In this document: piece by piece, positions 34,826 through 45,825 of the stretch
How the letters are laid out: the number at the start of each line of letters is the position of its first letter
How positions within the stretch are numbered: position 1 is the first letter of the stretch
Assembly: GCA_965261735.1 (NCBI GenBank)
Contig: OZ253470.1
Coordinates: 3,008,001 to 3,072,000 of the forward strand
Direction of reading: 5' to 3'
Length of the DNA: 64,000 nt
Source: Alphaproteobacteria bacterium
Lineage (GTDB): Bacteria > Pseudomonadota > Alphaproteobacteria > SHVV01
Position numbers and translations under genes: made by a program
The notes under the pieces: generated by a model
Told to the model about the DNA's origin: nothing
Database searches by the model: none
The model's input: the letters and a program-made list of their open reading frames with translations, nothing else

Positions 34826-35497
34826 ATGGGTTCCGCCCGCCGCGCGGTGGTCCTTGACCTAGACGGCACCCTCGTCGATACCGCGCCCGATCTGCTGGCG
34901 GCGCTGGACCACGTCCTCACCGAGGCCACGCACGCCGAGATCGACTCCCTCGATCTGCGCCGTTTCGTAGGCGACGGGGCGCGGGCGCTCGTCGAGCGCG
35001 GGTGCGAGGCGCTCGGGCTCGCGCTCTCGCCCGCCGGCCGCGAGGCCCGCCTCGCCGCTTTCCTCGCCTACTATGCCGACAACCTGTCGCACGCGAGCCG
35101 TCCCTTCGCCGGCGTCGCCCACACGCTCGCCGGACTCGCCGCCGACGGCGCCCGCCTCGGCGTGTGTACGAACAAGCCGGAAGGCATGAGCCGCCGGCTG
35201 CTCGGCGAGCTCGGCCTCGGGCGTCACTTCGCCGCGATAATCGGCGGCGACAGCCTGCCGGTGCGCAAGCCCGACCCTAGGCACGTCCTCGAGACCATCG
35301 CGAGGATCGGCGCGAGCGCGAGCGAGGCCGTGATGGTCGGCGACAGCATGAACGACGTCGCCGCGGCACACGCGGCCGGGGTGCCGGTGATCGTCGTCGC
35401 CTACGGCTATGGCGCGACGCCCTCGACCCGCGCGGCGGCGGATACGGTCATCGCCTCGTTCGCCGAGCTGCCGGCGGCGCTCGCGGGCCTGCCTTGA
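34826..35497 (+). CDS. gph: Phosphoglycolate phosphatase (HAD family)
   Basis: DLDGTLVD, TNK, KPDP, VGDSMND. Confidence 0.85.
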   Translation: MGSARRAVVLDLDGTLVDTAPDLLAALDHVLTEATHAEIDSLDLRRFVGDGARALVERGCEALGLALSPAGREARLAAFLAYYADNLSHASRPFAGVAHTLAGLAADGARLGVCTNKPEGMSRRLLGELGLGRHFAAIIGGDSLPVRKPDPRHVLETIARIGASASEAVMVGDSMNDVAAAHAAGVPVIVVAYGYGATPSTRAAADTVIASFAELPAALAGLP

Positions 35498-35539
35498 CAG
35501 AGATTGCCGCTGCCCCATAAATGGGCGCCACGCGTCCAG

Positions 35540-35615
35540 GGGCGATTAGCTCAGCTGGTAGAGCACCGTGTTCACATCGCGGGGGTCGCTGGTTCGAGTC
35601 CAGCATCGCCCACCA
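35540..35615 (+). tRNA. tRNA-Val(CAC)
   Basis: GGGCGAT/ATCGCCC acceptor stem, TAGCTCAGCTGGTAGAGC, anticodon loop TT-CAC-AT, GGTTCGAGTCC, CCA; 76 nt. Confidence 0.95.
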
Positions 35616-35774
35616 CGCCCAACGTCTAGAAAACGACGCGTTTACAATGGGCTACCAAGTAGACGGTCCGACCTTGGCACCGCTTGGGTAACACATGGGC
35701 AACGGACTGACGTGGTTACGAGGGATTTGAGCCTGCGACGGGCACTAAATCCGCCGCTGACCTGAGGGAGCCCG

Positions 35775-37562
35775 GTGGAACTCGATCCCGTCACCATCTC
35801 GGTGCTGGCCAACCGGTTCGACGCCATCGTGCGCGAGATGTCGAACACGCTGCTGCGCTCGGCGCGCTCGGGCGTGATCGCCGGCGCGCGCGACTTCTCG
35901 TGCACCATCGTGACCGCCGACAACCGGCTGCTCACGGCCGACCAGGGCATTCCCGTGCACATCTTCGGCTCGCACCTGCAGACGGCCGCGATGTGCGAGC
36001 TCCACGACGACCTCGCCGAGGGCGACGCCTTTCTCCACAACGATCCCTATTTGGGCAATACCCACGCCGCCGATCACACCATCCTGATACCGGTGTTCGT
36101 CGACGGCGTGCACCTCTTCACGACCTGCGCCAAGTCGCATCAGGCCGACACCGGCAATGCCGTGCCGACCACGTACGATGCGTGGGCCAAGGACGTCTAC
36201 GCCGAGGGTGCGCTCATCTTCCCGTGCGTGCGCGTGCAGCGCGACTACGTGACGAACGAGGACATCGTGCGCATGTGCCGCGCCCGCATCCGGGTGCCCG
36301 ACCAATGGTACGGCGACTTTCTCGCCACCGTCGGCGCCGGCCGCACCGGCGAGCGGCGCCTCAAGGACCTGTGCGCCAAGTACGGCAGCGAAACGATCAC
36401 CGCCTTCATCGAGACCTGGTTCGACTACTCCGAGCGCCGCATCGCGCAGGCCATCAAGAAGCTGCCCAAGGCGAGCACGGTCGCCGAGGGCGCGCACGAT
36501 CCGTTCGAGCCGATTCTGCCCGACGGCATCCCGGTCCGGGTCAAGCTCAAGATCGACCCCGACGAGGGTATGATCGAGGTCGACCTGAGGGACAACCCCG
36601 ACAACTACGACTGCGGCCTCAACCAGTCCGAGGCCTGCGCCATCAACAACGTGGTCACCGGCGTCTTCAACTGCGTCGATTCCGACATTCCGCACAACGC
36701 GGGCTCGTTCCGGCGCATCCGGGTACTGTTGCGCGAAGGCTGCGTCGTCGGCAGGCCGGCGTTCCCGCACAGCTGCTCGGTGGCGACGAGCAACATCGCC
36801 GACCGGCTCATCGGCCTCACCCATTCCGCCGTCGCCGAGCTCGGCGACGGCTTCGGCCTCGCGCAAGGAGGCTCGTGCATGAGCGCTGTCATTTCTGGGC
36901 CGGACTTCCGGCGCGGCGGCGCGCCCTTCATCAACCAGCTCAGTGTCAACGTGAACGGCGGGCCGGCGGGGCCGCTCACCGACGGGTGGGTCACGTTCGG
37001 CATGCCGCCCGGGGGCGGGCTCGTCTACCGCGACAGCCTCGAGCTCGACGAGGTCAAGCACCCGATCCTGTTCGAGTGCCAGCGCCTCCATCCGTGCACC
37101 GGCGGCGCCGGTCGCCGGCGCGGCGCGCTCGGCGGCGAGGTCATTTATGGATCGCGCAAGGACCCCCTGACGCTGGTCATTCCGTCGGACGGCCATCACA
37201 ACCCGGCGCAGGGCGCACAGGGCGGGCGCGCCGGTTCGCCCGCCTCGCACTACAGGATCAGCGCCAACGGCGAGGAGGAGAAGCTCCCCAACGTGGTGCA
37301 GCTCGTGCTCAACCCGGGCGAGAAAATGCGCTTCATCAATTCCGGGGGCGGCGGCTACGGCAATCCGTTGGAGCGCGAGCCCGAGCGGGTGCTCAAGGAC
37401 GTACGCCGCGGCTGGGAAACGATGGCCACCGCCCGCAAGGTCTACGGCGTCATCCTGACGGGCGGCGCCGAGGACGAAACCCTCGCCATCGACGAAGCCG
37501 CCACCGCGACCCAGCGCGCCACCCTGGGCGCCGCAGCCATTAGGTCACCGATGTTGAGTTAG
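35775..37562 (+). CDS. Hydantoinase B / oxoprolinase family protein
   Basis: LDPVT, RDFSC, NDPY.G.TH.AD, GGAGRRRG, GGGGYGNPLER. Confidence 0.9.
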   Translation: MELDPVTISVLANRFDAIVREMSNTLLRSARSGVIAGARDFSCTIVTADNRLLTADQGIPVHIFGSHLQTAAMCELHDDLAEGDAFLHNDPYLGNTHAADHTILIPVFVDGVHLFTTCAKSHQADTGNAVPTTYDAWAKDVYAEGALIFPCVRVQRDYVTNEDIVRMCRARIRVPDQWYGDFLATVGAGRTGERRLKDLCAKYGSETITAFIETWFDYSERRIAQAIKKLPKASTVAEGAHDPFEPILPDGIPVRVKLKIDPDEGMIEVDLRDNPDNYDCGLNQSEACAINNVVTGVFNCVDSDIPHNAGSFRRIRVLLREGCVVGRPAFPHSCSVATSNIADRLIGLTHSAVAELGDGFGLAQGGSCMSAVISGPDFRRGGAPFINQLSVNVNGGPAGPLTDGWVTFGMPPGGGLVYRDSLELDEVKHPILFECQRLHPCTGGAGRRRGALGGEVIYGSRKDPLTLVIPSDGHHNPAQGAQGGRAGSPASHYRISANGEEEKLPNVVQLVLNPGEKMRFINSGGGGYGNPLEREPERVLKDVRRGWETMATARKVYGVILTGGAEDETLAIDEAATATQRATLGAAAIRSPMLS

Positions 37563-37624
37563 CGCCCGATAGCCATCGTCCCGCGGCGGGCCCATCCCCC
37601 ATTTGAACCAACAGCACCACCGGT

Positions 37625-38092
37625 GCCCCCGCTCCAGCATTCGAAATAGCGCTAGATAACCGCTGGCTATGTAGCACGTCATCCCCTCCGTGTTGGCCTC
37701 GGCGAATTTGATCCCGCGTACGATACCGATTCGGTAGGGGCGAATGCTCTCCCAACTCTCGATGGGGAAGTCAATCCCGGCCGAGAACACACTCGCCTCC
37801 AGGAAGTTGATGGCGGGCCGTACCTGGACAAGGTTGTCATAGACTTGCTTGACCGCGTCGATGCGCTGCAGCTCGCCATCGAGTGCGCCACCGTTCGACA
37901 TTTGAATGGCCCGTTCCGCGGGGTACATTCTGATGATGAGCCGTATTCCAAGCCGGCTGTAGGCCTTTTCCAGAATTACCCGGCTCGCGTCCGCGTCGGC
38001 CGAGCCATCGACGCCGGCGATGGTAATCACGTCTGCCGGCCACGCAGGAGCCGCCCCCAGGAGTGCGAGAGCGGCCATGATCGCGGCGACCC
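37625..38092 (-). pseudogene. Periplasmic substrate-binding (family 3-like) protein, truncated at both ends
   Basis: Signal peptide [14 protein letters not shown]; AYSRLG, PAERA..SNGGALDGE, IGIVRG; family-like sequence ends at MLERG; 5' end abuts IS256; boundaries approximate. Confidence 0.65.
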
Positions 38093-39057
38093 GCGGCCGG
38101 CATGGGCCAGCAGGTTGCGGGCGAAGTGCACGCGGCAGCGCTGCCATGTGGCGCCGAGGATCCGGGTCGCGGCGGCCTTCAGGCCCTTGTGGTCGTCGGA
38201 GATCACCAGCTTCACGCCGCGCAGCCCGCGCCGGGCCAGCGAGCGCAGGAACTCGGTCCAGAAGGTCTCGGCCTCCGACGCGCCGATCGCCACGCCCAGG
38301 ACCTCGCGGCGGCCTTGGTCGTTGACGGCCACAGCCACGGTCACCGCGACCGAGACGATGCGTCCGGTCTGGCGCACCTTCACGTAGGTGGCGTCGAGCC
38401 ACAGATAGGGCCAGTCGCCCTCCAGCGGTCGATCGAGGAAGCCGTTGACCTTATCGTCGATCTCGCCGCACAGCCTGGAGACCTGGCTCTTGGAGGCGCC
38501 CGACATCCCCATCGCCTGAACCAGATCGTCGACCGAGCGGGTCGACACCCCCTGGATGTAGGCCTCCTGGATCACCGCAGCCAGCGCCTTCTCGGCCATC
38601 CGCCGCGGCTCCAGGAAGCCCGGGAAGTAGCTTCCCTTCCTCAGCTTCGGGATCTTCAGCTCGACCGTGCCGGCCCGCGTCTCCCAGGACCGGTCGCGGT
38701 AGCCGTTGCGATGGGTGATACGATCCGCCGAGCGCTCGCCGTGCCCGGCGCCGGTCAGGCCCTCAACCTCCAGTGCCATCAGCCGCTCGGCCGTGAAGCC
38801 GATCATCTCGCAAAGCAGATCGGCATCGGAGCTCTTCTCCAAAAGCGCGCGCAGGGTCATCATGTCCTGGGTCATCGTGGTTCTCCTTCGGGTCAGGTTG
38901 GTTTGCACTAGCCCAACCCTAAACCGGAACCGCGATGGCCTCCGCTGTGGATAGCCGGCTTGCCTACGCCAGACTCTCGGCGGTCGCTACGGCAAGCCGC
39001 CTACCCACAGCTACCAGAGGCTCCAACAACTCCTACACCACGTCCTGGGACACGACC
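38093..39057 (-). mobile_element. IS256-family element, copy 2, 3'-truncated
   Basis: Nearly identical to 4202-5166 including the left IR; breaks off after RNLLAHAGR. Confidence 0.92.
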
Positions 39058-39131
39058 CGTGCGCGAGTTGCATGACCTTGTAGCAGTTCAAGAGGCCGCC
39101 TTCATCTCAGCTGCCTGGGAGTACAATGAGG

Positions 39132-40237
39132 CTTGCCTATCCGGTTAACGCCCATGACCGCTACATGTAGGGTGCCGCCACTCTCCCGAGTAAAGCTCGG
39201 CATAGGTTGGAGCAGAGGTGTCGCCCGCGATGCCGAGCAATGAGCGGAAGGCGTTGAACGGGTAGAACCGCCTGTTGAAGCGGAAGGTGAACTCGTTGAG
39301 GTAGGCTTGTAGGTGCTGGTGGCTAACGCCGTGGTGAGATACCGATCAGCCACGTCTTCAGGTTGGCGAAAACCAGATGGATGATCGGCAGGTATTGCTC
39401 GGCAACCTCTGGATCACCACACTCGGCAACAGCGAAGTGCTCATAGCCGCGCTTACCGAGGCCAGCATAGCCGCTCCAATCGTCAGTAACGGTCAGCGAT
39501 CGCGGCGCGACGGTGCTCTCGACGAACCCACAGAGCGACTCGGCGCTACGGTCGAGCACGACGGCGAGCCGAACGCGTCCGGCATAGCGTCCGTCTTTCC
39601 GGTTGTCGAGCTTGGTGCCCGGCTTTCGATGACGCACCTCGATGGCACAGGAGACGGGAACCTTGTGGTGAACACCACGGCCTTCCCCACGCGTTCGCCC
39701 GCCAACCCAGGTTTCGTCCACCTCAACATGGTTCTTGGGCTGTCCACCGATCCTGTCTTGGTTGGGCCGCACCATGCCCGAGCGGAGCTTGTGGAGAATT
39801 TGAAAGGCCGTCTCGTAGCGCGAAAGACCAAGTTGCCGCTGAAACTGCACGGCGGACATGCCGGGCGTCTGACTGGCGACCAGATAAGCGGCCCAGAACC
39901 AGACGTTCAGCGGAGTGTGGCTACGCTCCATCACTGTTCCCACCGTCAGCCCGGTGTTCTGGCGGCACTTGCGGCAGCGCAGGACGCCAGGGCGGTTTTC
40001 AAAGTGGAACGGCTCTCCCGCCGTGCCGCAGTGCGGGCAGGCAAAGCCGTCTCCCCAGCGGGCTTTCTCCAGGTAGGCGGCGCAGGCCGCATCATCGGGG
40101 AAAAGTCGCTGGAACTCGGGTAGCGAATGCGGGAATGGGAGATCGGCGCGGTCGAGAACATCCATGGCGCGCTCCCCTATATCCGGGTTGCGCCCATTCT
40201 AGCCCTAGTGGGTGTGGGTGTAAACCGGATAGGCAAG
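39132..40237 (-). mobile_element. IS1595-family element, copy 2 (transposase from 40165, +1 frameshift)
   Basis: IRs cttgcctatccggtt at both ends; flanked on both sides by caatgagg; extra base in gtggtgAgat near 39337. Confidence 0.93.
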
Positions 40238-40245
40238 CAATGAGG

Positions 40246-41351
40246 CTTGCCTATCCGGTTAACGCCCATGACCGCTACATGTAGGGTGCCGCCACTCTCC
40301 CGAGTAAAGCTCGGCATAGGTTGGAGCAGAGGTGTCGCCCGCGATGCCGAGCAATGAGCGGAAGGCGTTGAACGGGTAGAACCGCCTGTTGAAGCGGAAG
40401 GTGAACTCGTTGAGGTAGGCTTGTAGGTGCTGGTGGCTAACGCCGTGGGTGGATACCGATCAGCCACGTCTTCAGGTTGGCGAAAACCAGATGGATGATC
40501 GGCAGGTATTGCTCGGCAACCTCTGGATCACCACACTCGGCAACAGCGAAGTGCTCATAGCCGCGCTTACCGAGGCCAGCATAGCCGCTCCAATCGTCAG
40601 TAACGGTCAGCGATCGCGGCGCGACGGTGCTCTCGACGAACCCACAGAGCGACTCGGCGCTACGGTCGAGCACGACGGCGAGCCGAACGCGTCCGGCATA
40701 GCGTCCGTCTTTCCGGTTGTCGAGCTTGGTGCCCGGCTTTCGATGACGCACCTCGATGGCACAGGAGACGGGAACCTTGTGGTGAACACCACGGCCTTCC
40801 CCACGCGTTCGCCCGCCAACCCAGGTTTCGTCCACCTCAACATGGTTCTTGGGCTGTCCACCGATCCTGTCTTGGTTGGGCCGCACCATGCCCGAGCGGA
40901 GCTTGTGGAGAATTTGAAAGGCCGTCTCGTAGCGCGAAAGACCAAGTTGCCGCTGAAACTGCACGGCGGACATGCCGGGCGTCTGACTGGCGACCAGATA
41001 AGCGGCCCAGAACCAGACGTTCAGCGGAGTGTGGCTACGCTCCATCACTGTTCCCACCGTCAGCCCGGTGTTCTGGCGGCACTTGCGGCAGCGCAGGACG
41101 CCAGGGCGGTTTTCAAAGTGGAACGGCTCTCCCGCCGTGCCGCAGTGCGGGCAGGCAAAGCCGTCTCCCCAGCGGGCTTTCTCCAGGTAGGCGGCGCAGG
41201 CCGCATCATCGGGGAAAAGTCGCTGGAACTCGGGTAGCGAATGCGGGAATGGGAGATCGGCGCGGTCGAGAACATCCATGGCGCGCTCCCCTATATCCGG
41301 GTTGCGCCCATTCTAGCCCTAGTGGGTGTGGGTGTAAACCGGATAGGCAAG
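40246..41351 (-). mobile_element. IS1595-family element, copy 3 (transposase from 41279, +1 frameshift)
   Basis: Both IRs present; tandem with copy 2; extra G in gtgGgtggat near 40448; flanks caatgagg / ataaaacc do not match. Confidence 0.93.
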
Positions 41352-41364
41352 ATAAAACCGCCCG

Positions 41365-41380
41365 TTAAGGACACGTTAAC
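41365..41380. promoter_or_regulatory. CtrA-binding box
   Basis: TTAAggacacgTTAAC equals the TTAA-N7-TTAAC consensus, in a high-GC background upstream of a PleC/DivJ-type kinase. Confidence 0.7.
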
Positions 41381-41585
41381 GCGACGTTTACCGAACCCCG
41401 CTACTAGTATCCGGTGTCATACTTCAACCGTTCGTATCAGGCCGGCCGCGTGTTCAGCCCATTTCGCACGGCACGTCGAATCGATCGACTCGCGCTCCAG
41501 AACCGGAGCATGCGCGGGGAAGGGATGCGATCCCCCAAGACGCGCGTGGCAAAATGATTTGGCAGCTCAAGGAACTGCGGGTGGA

Positions 41586-42812
41586 ATGAAGCGTAGCCCT
41601 CGCTTCCGAGTCTACTTTGGGCTCGGTGTCGCGATCCTTTTCTTCCTCGGCAGCCTGTCGTGGAGCTTCTACCGGCTGACGGTTCAGCAGGAGATCATCC
41701 ACTCAGGCGAATCGACCGGGAGTTGGGCCGCGGTCCAGGCCCATACCGAGTATCTGCGTCTTCTCAACAGCCTCGATCGTTATGGGGCGGGCTTGCCCGG
41801 TATCGATCGCGCCGAGCTTTTACTGCGCTTCGATATCATGTGGTCCCGTATGCCGGTCTTACTCATTGGCGCCGAGGCCGAGCAGGTGCGGCTCATCGAA
41901 GGCGCACCACAGGCGCTACGGGAGATGCGTGCGGCCCGCCGCGCCGACGGCACGATCTTTCCTATCGAGCTCGCGGTGAGCGAGGTCGAGGAAGGTGGCC
42001 GGCGCACCTTTACCGGTATCATCCGCGATATCACCCAGCGCAAACGCGCCGAGAGCGCCATCACCGCCGCTCGTCGCGCCGAGCTCGACAGCCGCGCCAA
42101 GTCCGACGTTCTCGCCAATGTCAGCCACGAGCTGCGAACCCCGCTTAACGCCATCATCGGCTTTTCCGACGTGTTGAGCCGCGGCTACTCGGGGCCGCTG
42201 TCGGCCAAGCAGGCGGAATATGTGGGCGATATTCGCACCTCGGGCGCTCACTTGCTCGGGTTGATCAATGACATACTCGATGTGTCGAAAATCGAAGCGG
42301 GGAAGGTGGAGCTCTTCGAACAGGACCTGAGCCTGGAGCGGACCATCCGGGCCGCAGCGCGTATGGTCCAGGAGCGTGCCGGCACCGCCCAGGTCAAGCT
42401 CTGTCTCAATGTCGACGCCAACCTTCCTGCGTTGCGCGCCGACGAGCGCATGGGCAAACGAATCCTTCTAAACTTGCTCTCCAACGCCGTGAAATTCACG
42501 CCCGAGGGCGGCCGTATCACGGTTGATTCCTGCCTCGACGCCGACGGCGACCTCATCATGCGCGTGATCGATACGGGTATCGGGATCGCCGACAAAGACC
42601 TCAAGGTCGTCATGGTTCCGTTCGGGCAGGTCGACAGCAACCTGAACCGCAGATACGACGGCACCGGCCTTGGGCTTCCACTAGTGCGTTCCATGGCCGA
42701 GCTCCACGGCGGCACCCTGGCGCTAGCGAGCAAGCCCGGCGAAGGCACGACGGCGACGGTGCGGTTCCCGGCGTCACGCGTCGTCGCGACCCCGGCTCGG
42801 GCCGCGAGCTAG
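41586..42812 (+). CDS. PleC/DivJ-like sensor histidine kinase with apparent in-frame internal deletion
   Basis: H-box [36 protein letters not shown]; only one TM helix and half a PAS (PAC motif) remain. Confidence 0.82.
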   Translation: MKRSPRFRVYFGLGVAILFFLGSLSWSFYRLTVQQEIIHSGESTGSWAAVQAHTEYLRLLNSLDRYGAGLPGIDRAELLLRFDIMWSRMPVLLIGAEAEQVRLIEGAPQALREMRAARRADGTIFPIELAVSEVEEGGRRTFTGIIRDITQRKRAESAITAARRAELDSRAKSDVLANVSHELRTPLNAIIGFSDVLSRGYSGPLSAKQAEYVGDIRTSGAHLLGLINDILDVSKIEAGKVELFEQDLSLERTIRAAARMVQERAGTAQVKLCLNVDANLPALRADERMGKRILLNLLSNAVKFTPEGGRITVDSCLDADGDLIMRVIDTGIGIADKDLKVVMVPFGQVDSNLNRRYDGTGLGLPLVRSMAELHGGTLALASKPGEGTTATVRFPASRVVATPARAAS

Positions 42813-43611
42813 CAGCCGCAAAACCCAACGCTGCTATGACGGACATCGTAGTCGAAAGCGTTCGCGCCGCCATTGTCCTCGCGACCATTGTGTTGCTGTG
42901 GCGTAGCTGCCAAAACCGGTTTGCGCGTGCGCGCGAGGGCTGGAACCTTATTCTTGCTGGTTTCGCGCTTCTGCTCTTTGGTAGCGTCTCTTTGGTAGCG
43001 TCGTCGACATCACCGACAATTTCGACGCGCTCAACCGGTTCGTCATCGTCGGCGATACCGAGATTCAGGCTCTGCTCGAGAAGTTCGTCGGCTATACGGG
43101 CGGGTTTCTCGTACTCGCGCTGGGTCTCGTTCGATGGGTGCCGGGGGCACAGCGGATTTCCGATAAAATGGCCCGGCACGAGCGCACCGGGGAGGCGCTG
43201 CGCTAAAGTGAGGAGCGCTACCGGATCCTCGTCGAGACCGCGCCGTACGGGATTTCGGAATGTGATGCCGACGGCATCCTGGTTTACTGCAATGCGGCGC
43301 GCCGCGAGATGACGGGCCACGACGAAAGCGAGCTCGTCGGCAGGCCGGTGTGGGATTTTGCCGCGTCGCAGCGCGCAAGAGCGGAGTTCAAGGCGGAGTT
43401 CTCCAGATACGTCGCCGAACAGCCCTCTCCGGTCCCGCGCATCGCGAAATACCAGACCAAGGACGGCCGCTCGATCGATGTTCAGATGGACTGGATATAC
43501 AAGCGTGACGGGGCGGGCTTCGTCACAGGCTTCGTTTCGATCGTCACCGATATTACGGAGCGCACACGGGCCCAGGGGGCGCTGCGCGAACGCGAGGAGC
43601 GCTACCGGAGC

Positions 43612-44959
43612 CTCTACAACGACACGCCAGCCCTTATGCATTCCATCGACCGTGACATGCGCGTAGTCAATGTCAGCGACTATTGGCTCACATTCTTTGG
43701 TTATCAACGGAGCGAGGTCCTCGGCCGGGGGATCACGGATTTCATTGCTGATACGCCGGGTCAGGCGCCATTCTCGGAGGCCTGGAAGGACTTCCTGACT
43801 CAGGGCGCCGCCCACAATGTCCATCGCCGATATGTCAACAAAAGCGGTGAGATCATCGACGTGCTGGTGTCAGCTACCACCGAGTGCGATGAGGCGGGCG
43901 AGGTGACTCTCTCGCACTCGGTCCTGCTCGACGTCACCGAGCGCTTCCACGCCGAAAGTGCGTTGCGCGCGAGCGAGGAGCGCTTCCGGCACCTCTACAA
44001 CGACACGCCAGCTCTCATGTACTCGCTCGATCGCGAGATGCGCTTCGCCAATGTCAGCGACCACTGGCTGCGCGTCATGGGCTATGAGCGGGGCGACGTG
44101 ATTGGCCACCCGTTTACCGATTTCCTCACCGAATCGTCGCGCAACCTCGCCCTGGCCCACTTTCCACACTACCTGAAGTCCGGAATCTTGAGCGAAGTCC
44201 CGCGCCAGATCGTCAAGAAGAGCGGCGAGGTCATGGACGTGCTCATCTCCGCCACGGCGCATCTCGCGATAATGGTCGACGTAACCGCACGCGAAAAGGC
44301 GGAGGAGGCGCTGCGCGAAAGTGAAGGGCGCTTCCGCCGCCTCTACAATGATACGCCGGCTCTCATGTACTCGCTCGATCGCGAGATGCGTTTCGTCAAC
44401 GTCAGCGACTACTGGCTCGGCGTTATGGGCTATGAGCGGAGCGAGGTGATCGGCCGCCACTTCGCGGATTTTCTCACCGAGGATTCGCGGGAGCGTCTGC
44501 ACGAGGACTTTCCGTCCCACCTCGAAAGGGCGAGAAATGTCCCGCGGCAGCTCAGGAAAAAGAGATCGTGGATGTGCTGGTTTCAGCCGTCACCGACCGC
44601 GACAAAACCGGAGAAATCAAGCGTTCGATGTCGATCATGGTAGACGTCACCGAGCGCAAACGGGCGGAGGAGGCGCTGCGCGCCGGCGAGGAGCGCTATC
44701 GTAGTCTCTACAACGACACGCCGGCTCTCATGCATTCTTTCGACGGCGACATGCGCTTCATCAGCGTCAGCGACTACTGGCTGAGGGTCTTCGGCTACGA
44801 GAGGAGCGAGGTGATCGGGCGGCCGCTCACCGATTTCGTCACCGAGGCTTCACGACAGCTGATAGCAGAGGAAATTCCTTACTTTTTAAGCACAAGCGTC
44901 GTCAATGCTGCCCCGCGCCAGTTCGTGAAAAAGAACGGCGAGATCATGGACGTTCAGGT
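43612..44959 (+). repeat. Four tandem PAS-encoding units similar at DNA level
   Basis: ctctacaa(c/t)ga(c/t)acgcc recurs at 43612, 43993, 44341 and 44706 (spacings 381, 348, 365). Confidence 0.8.
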
Positions 44960-45825
44960 CTTGCCTATCCGGTTTACACCCACACCCACTAGGGCTAGAG
45001 TGGGCGCAAACCGGATATAGGGGAGCGCGCCATGGATGTTCTCGACCGCGCCGATCTCCCATTCCCGCATTCGCTACCCGAGTTCCAGCGACTTTTCCCC
45101 GATGATGCGGCCTGCGCCGCCTACCTGGAGAAAGCCCGCTGGGGAGACGGCCTTTCAAATTCTCCACAAGCTCCGCTCGGGCATGGTGCGGCCCAACCAA
45201 GACAGGATCGGTGGACAGCCCAAGAACCATGTTGAGGTGGACGAAACCTGGGTTGGCGGGCGAACGCGTGGGGAAGGCCGTGGTGTTCACCACAAGGTTC
45301 CCGTCTCCTGTGCCATCGAGGTGCGTCATCGAAAGCCGGGCACCAAGCTCGACAACCGGAAAGACGGACGCTATGCCGGACGCGTTCGGCTCGCCGTCGT
45401 GCTCGACCGTAGCGCCGAGTCGCTCTGTGGGTTCGTCGAGAGCACCGTCGCGCCGCGATCGCTGATCGTTACTGACGATTGGAGCGGCTATGCTGGCCTC
45501 GGTAAGCGCGGCTATGAGCACTTCGCTGTTGCCGAGTGTGGTGATCCAGAGGTTGCCGAGCAATACCTGCCGATCATCCATCTGGTTTTCGCCAACCTGA
45601 AGACGTGGCTGATCGGTATCCACCACGGCGTTAGCCACCAGCACCTACAAGCCTACCTCAACGAGTTCACCTTCCGCTTCAACAGGCGGTTCTACCCGTT
45701 CAACGCCTTCCGCTCATTGCTCGGCATCGCGGGCGACACCTCTGCTCCAACCTATGCCGAGCTTTACTCGGGAGAGTGGCGGCACCCTACATGTAGCGGT
45801 CATGGGCGTTAACCGGATAGGCAAG
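44960..45825 (+). mobile_element. IS1595-family element, copy 4, 239-bp internal deletion
   Basis: Both IRs; 8-bp TSD gttcaggt / gttctggt (one mismatch); deletion between two gagacggc repeats. Confidence 0.93.

Noticed and set aside
39323-39345. Programmed frameshift in the IS1595 transposase
   Set aside because: Copies 1 and 4 are in frame at this site, no slippery motif is present, and the inserted bases differ between copies 2 and 3
43612-44959. CRISPR-like or DGR-like recurring repeats
   Set aside because: Period of 350-380 bp, encodes PAS domains; no cas or reverse transcriptase gene, and no adenine-specific variation seen
40246-45825. Composite transposon formed by IS1595 copies 3 and 4
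   Set aside because: Copy 4 has its own TSD inside a continuous gene, so it inserted independently
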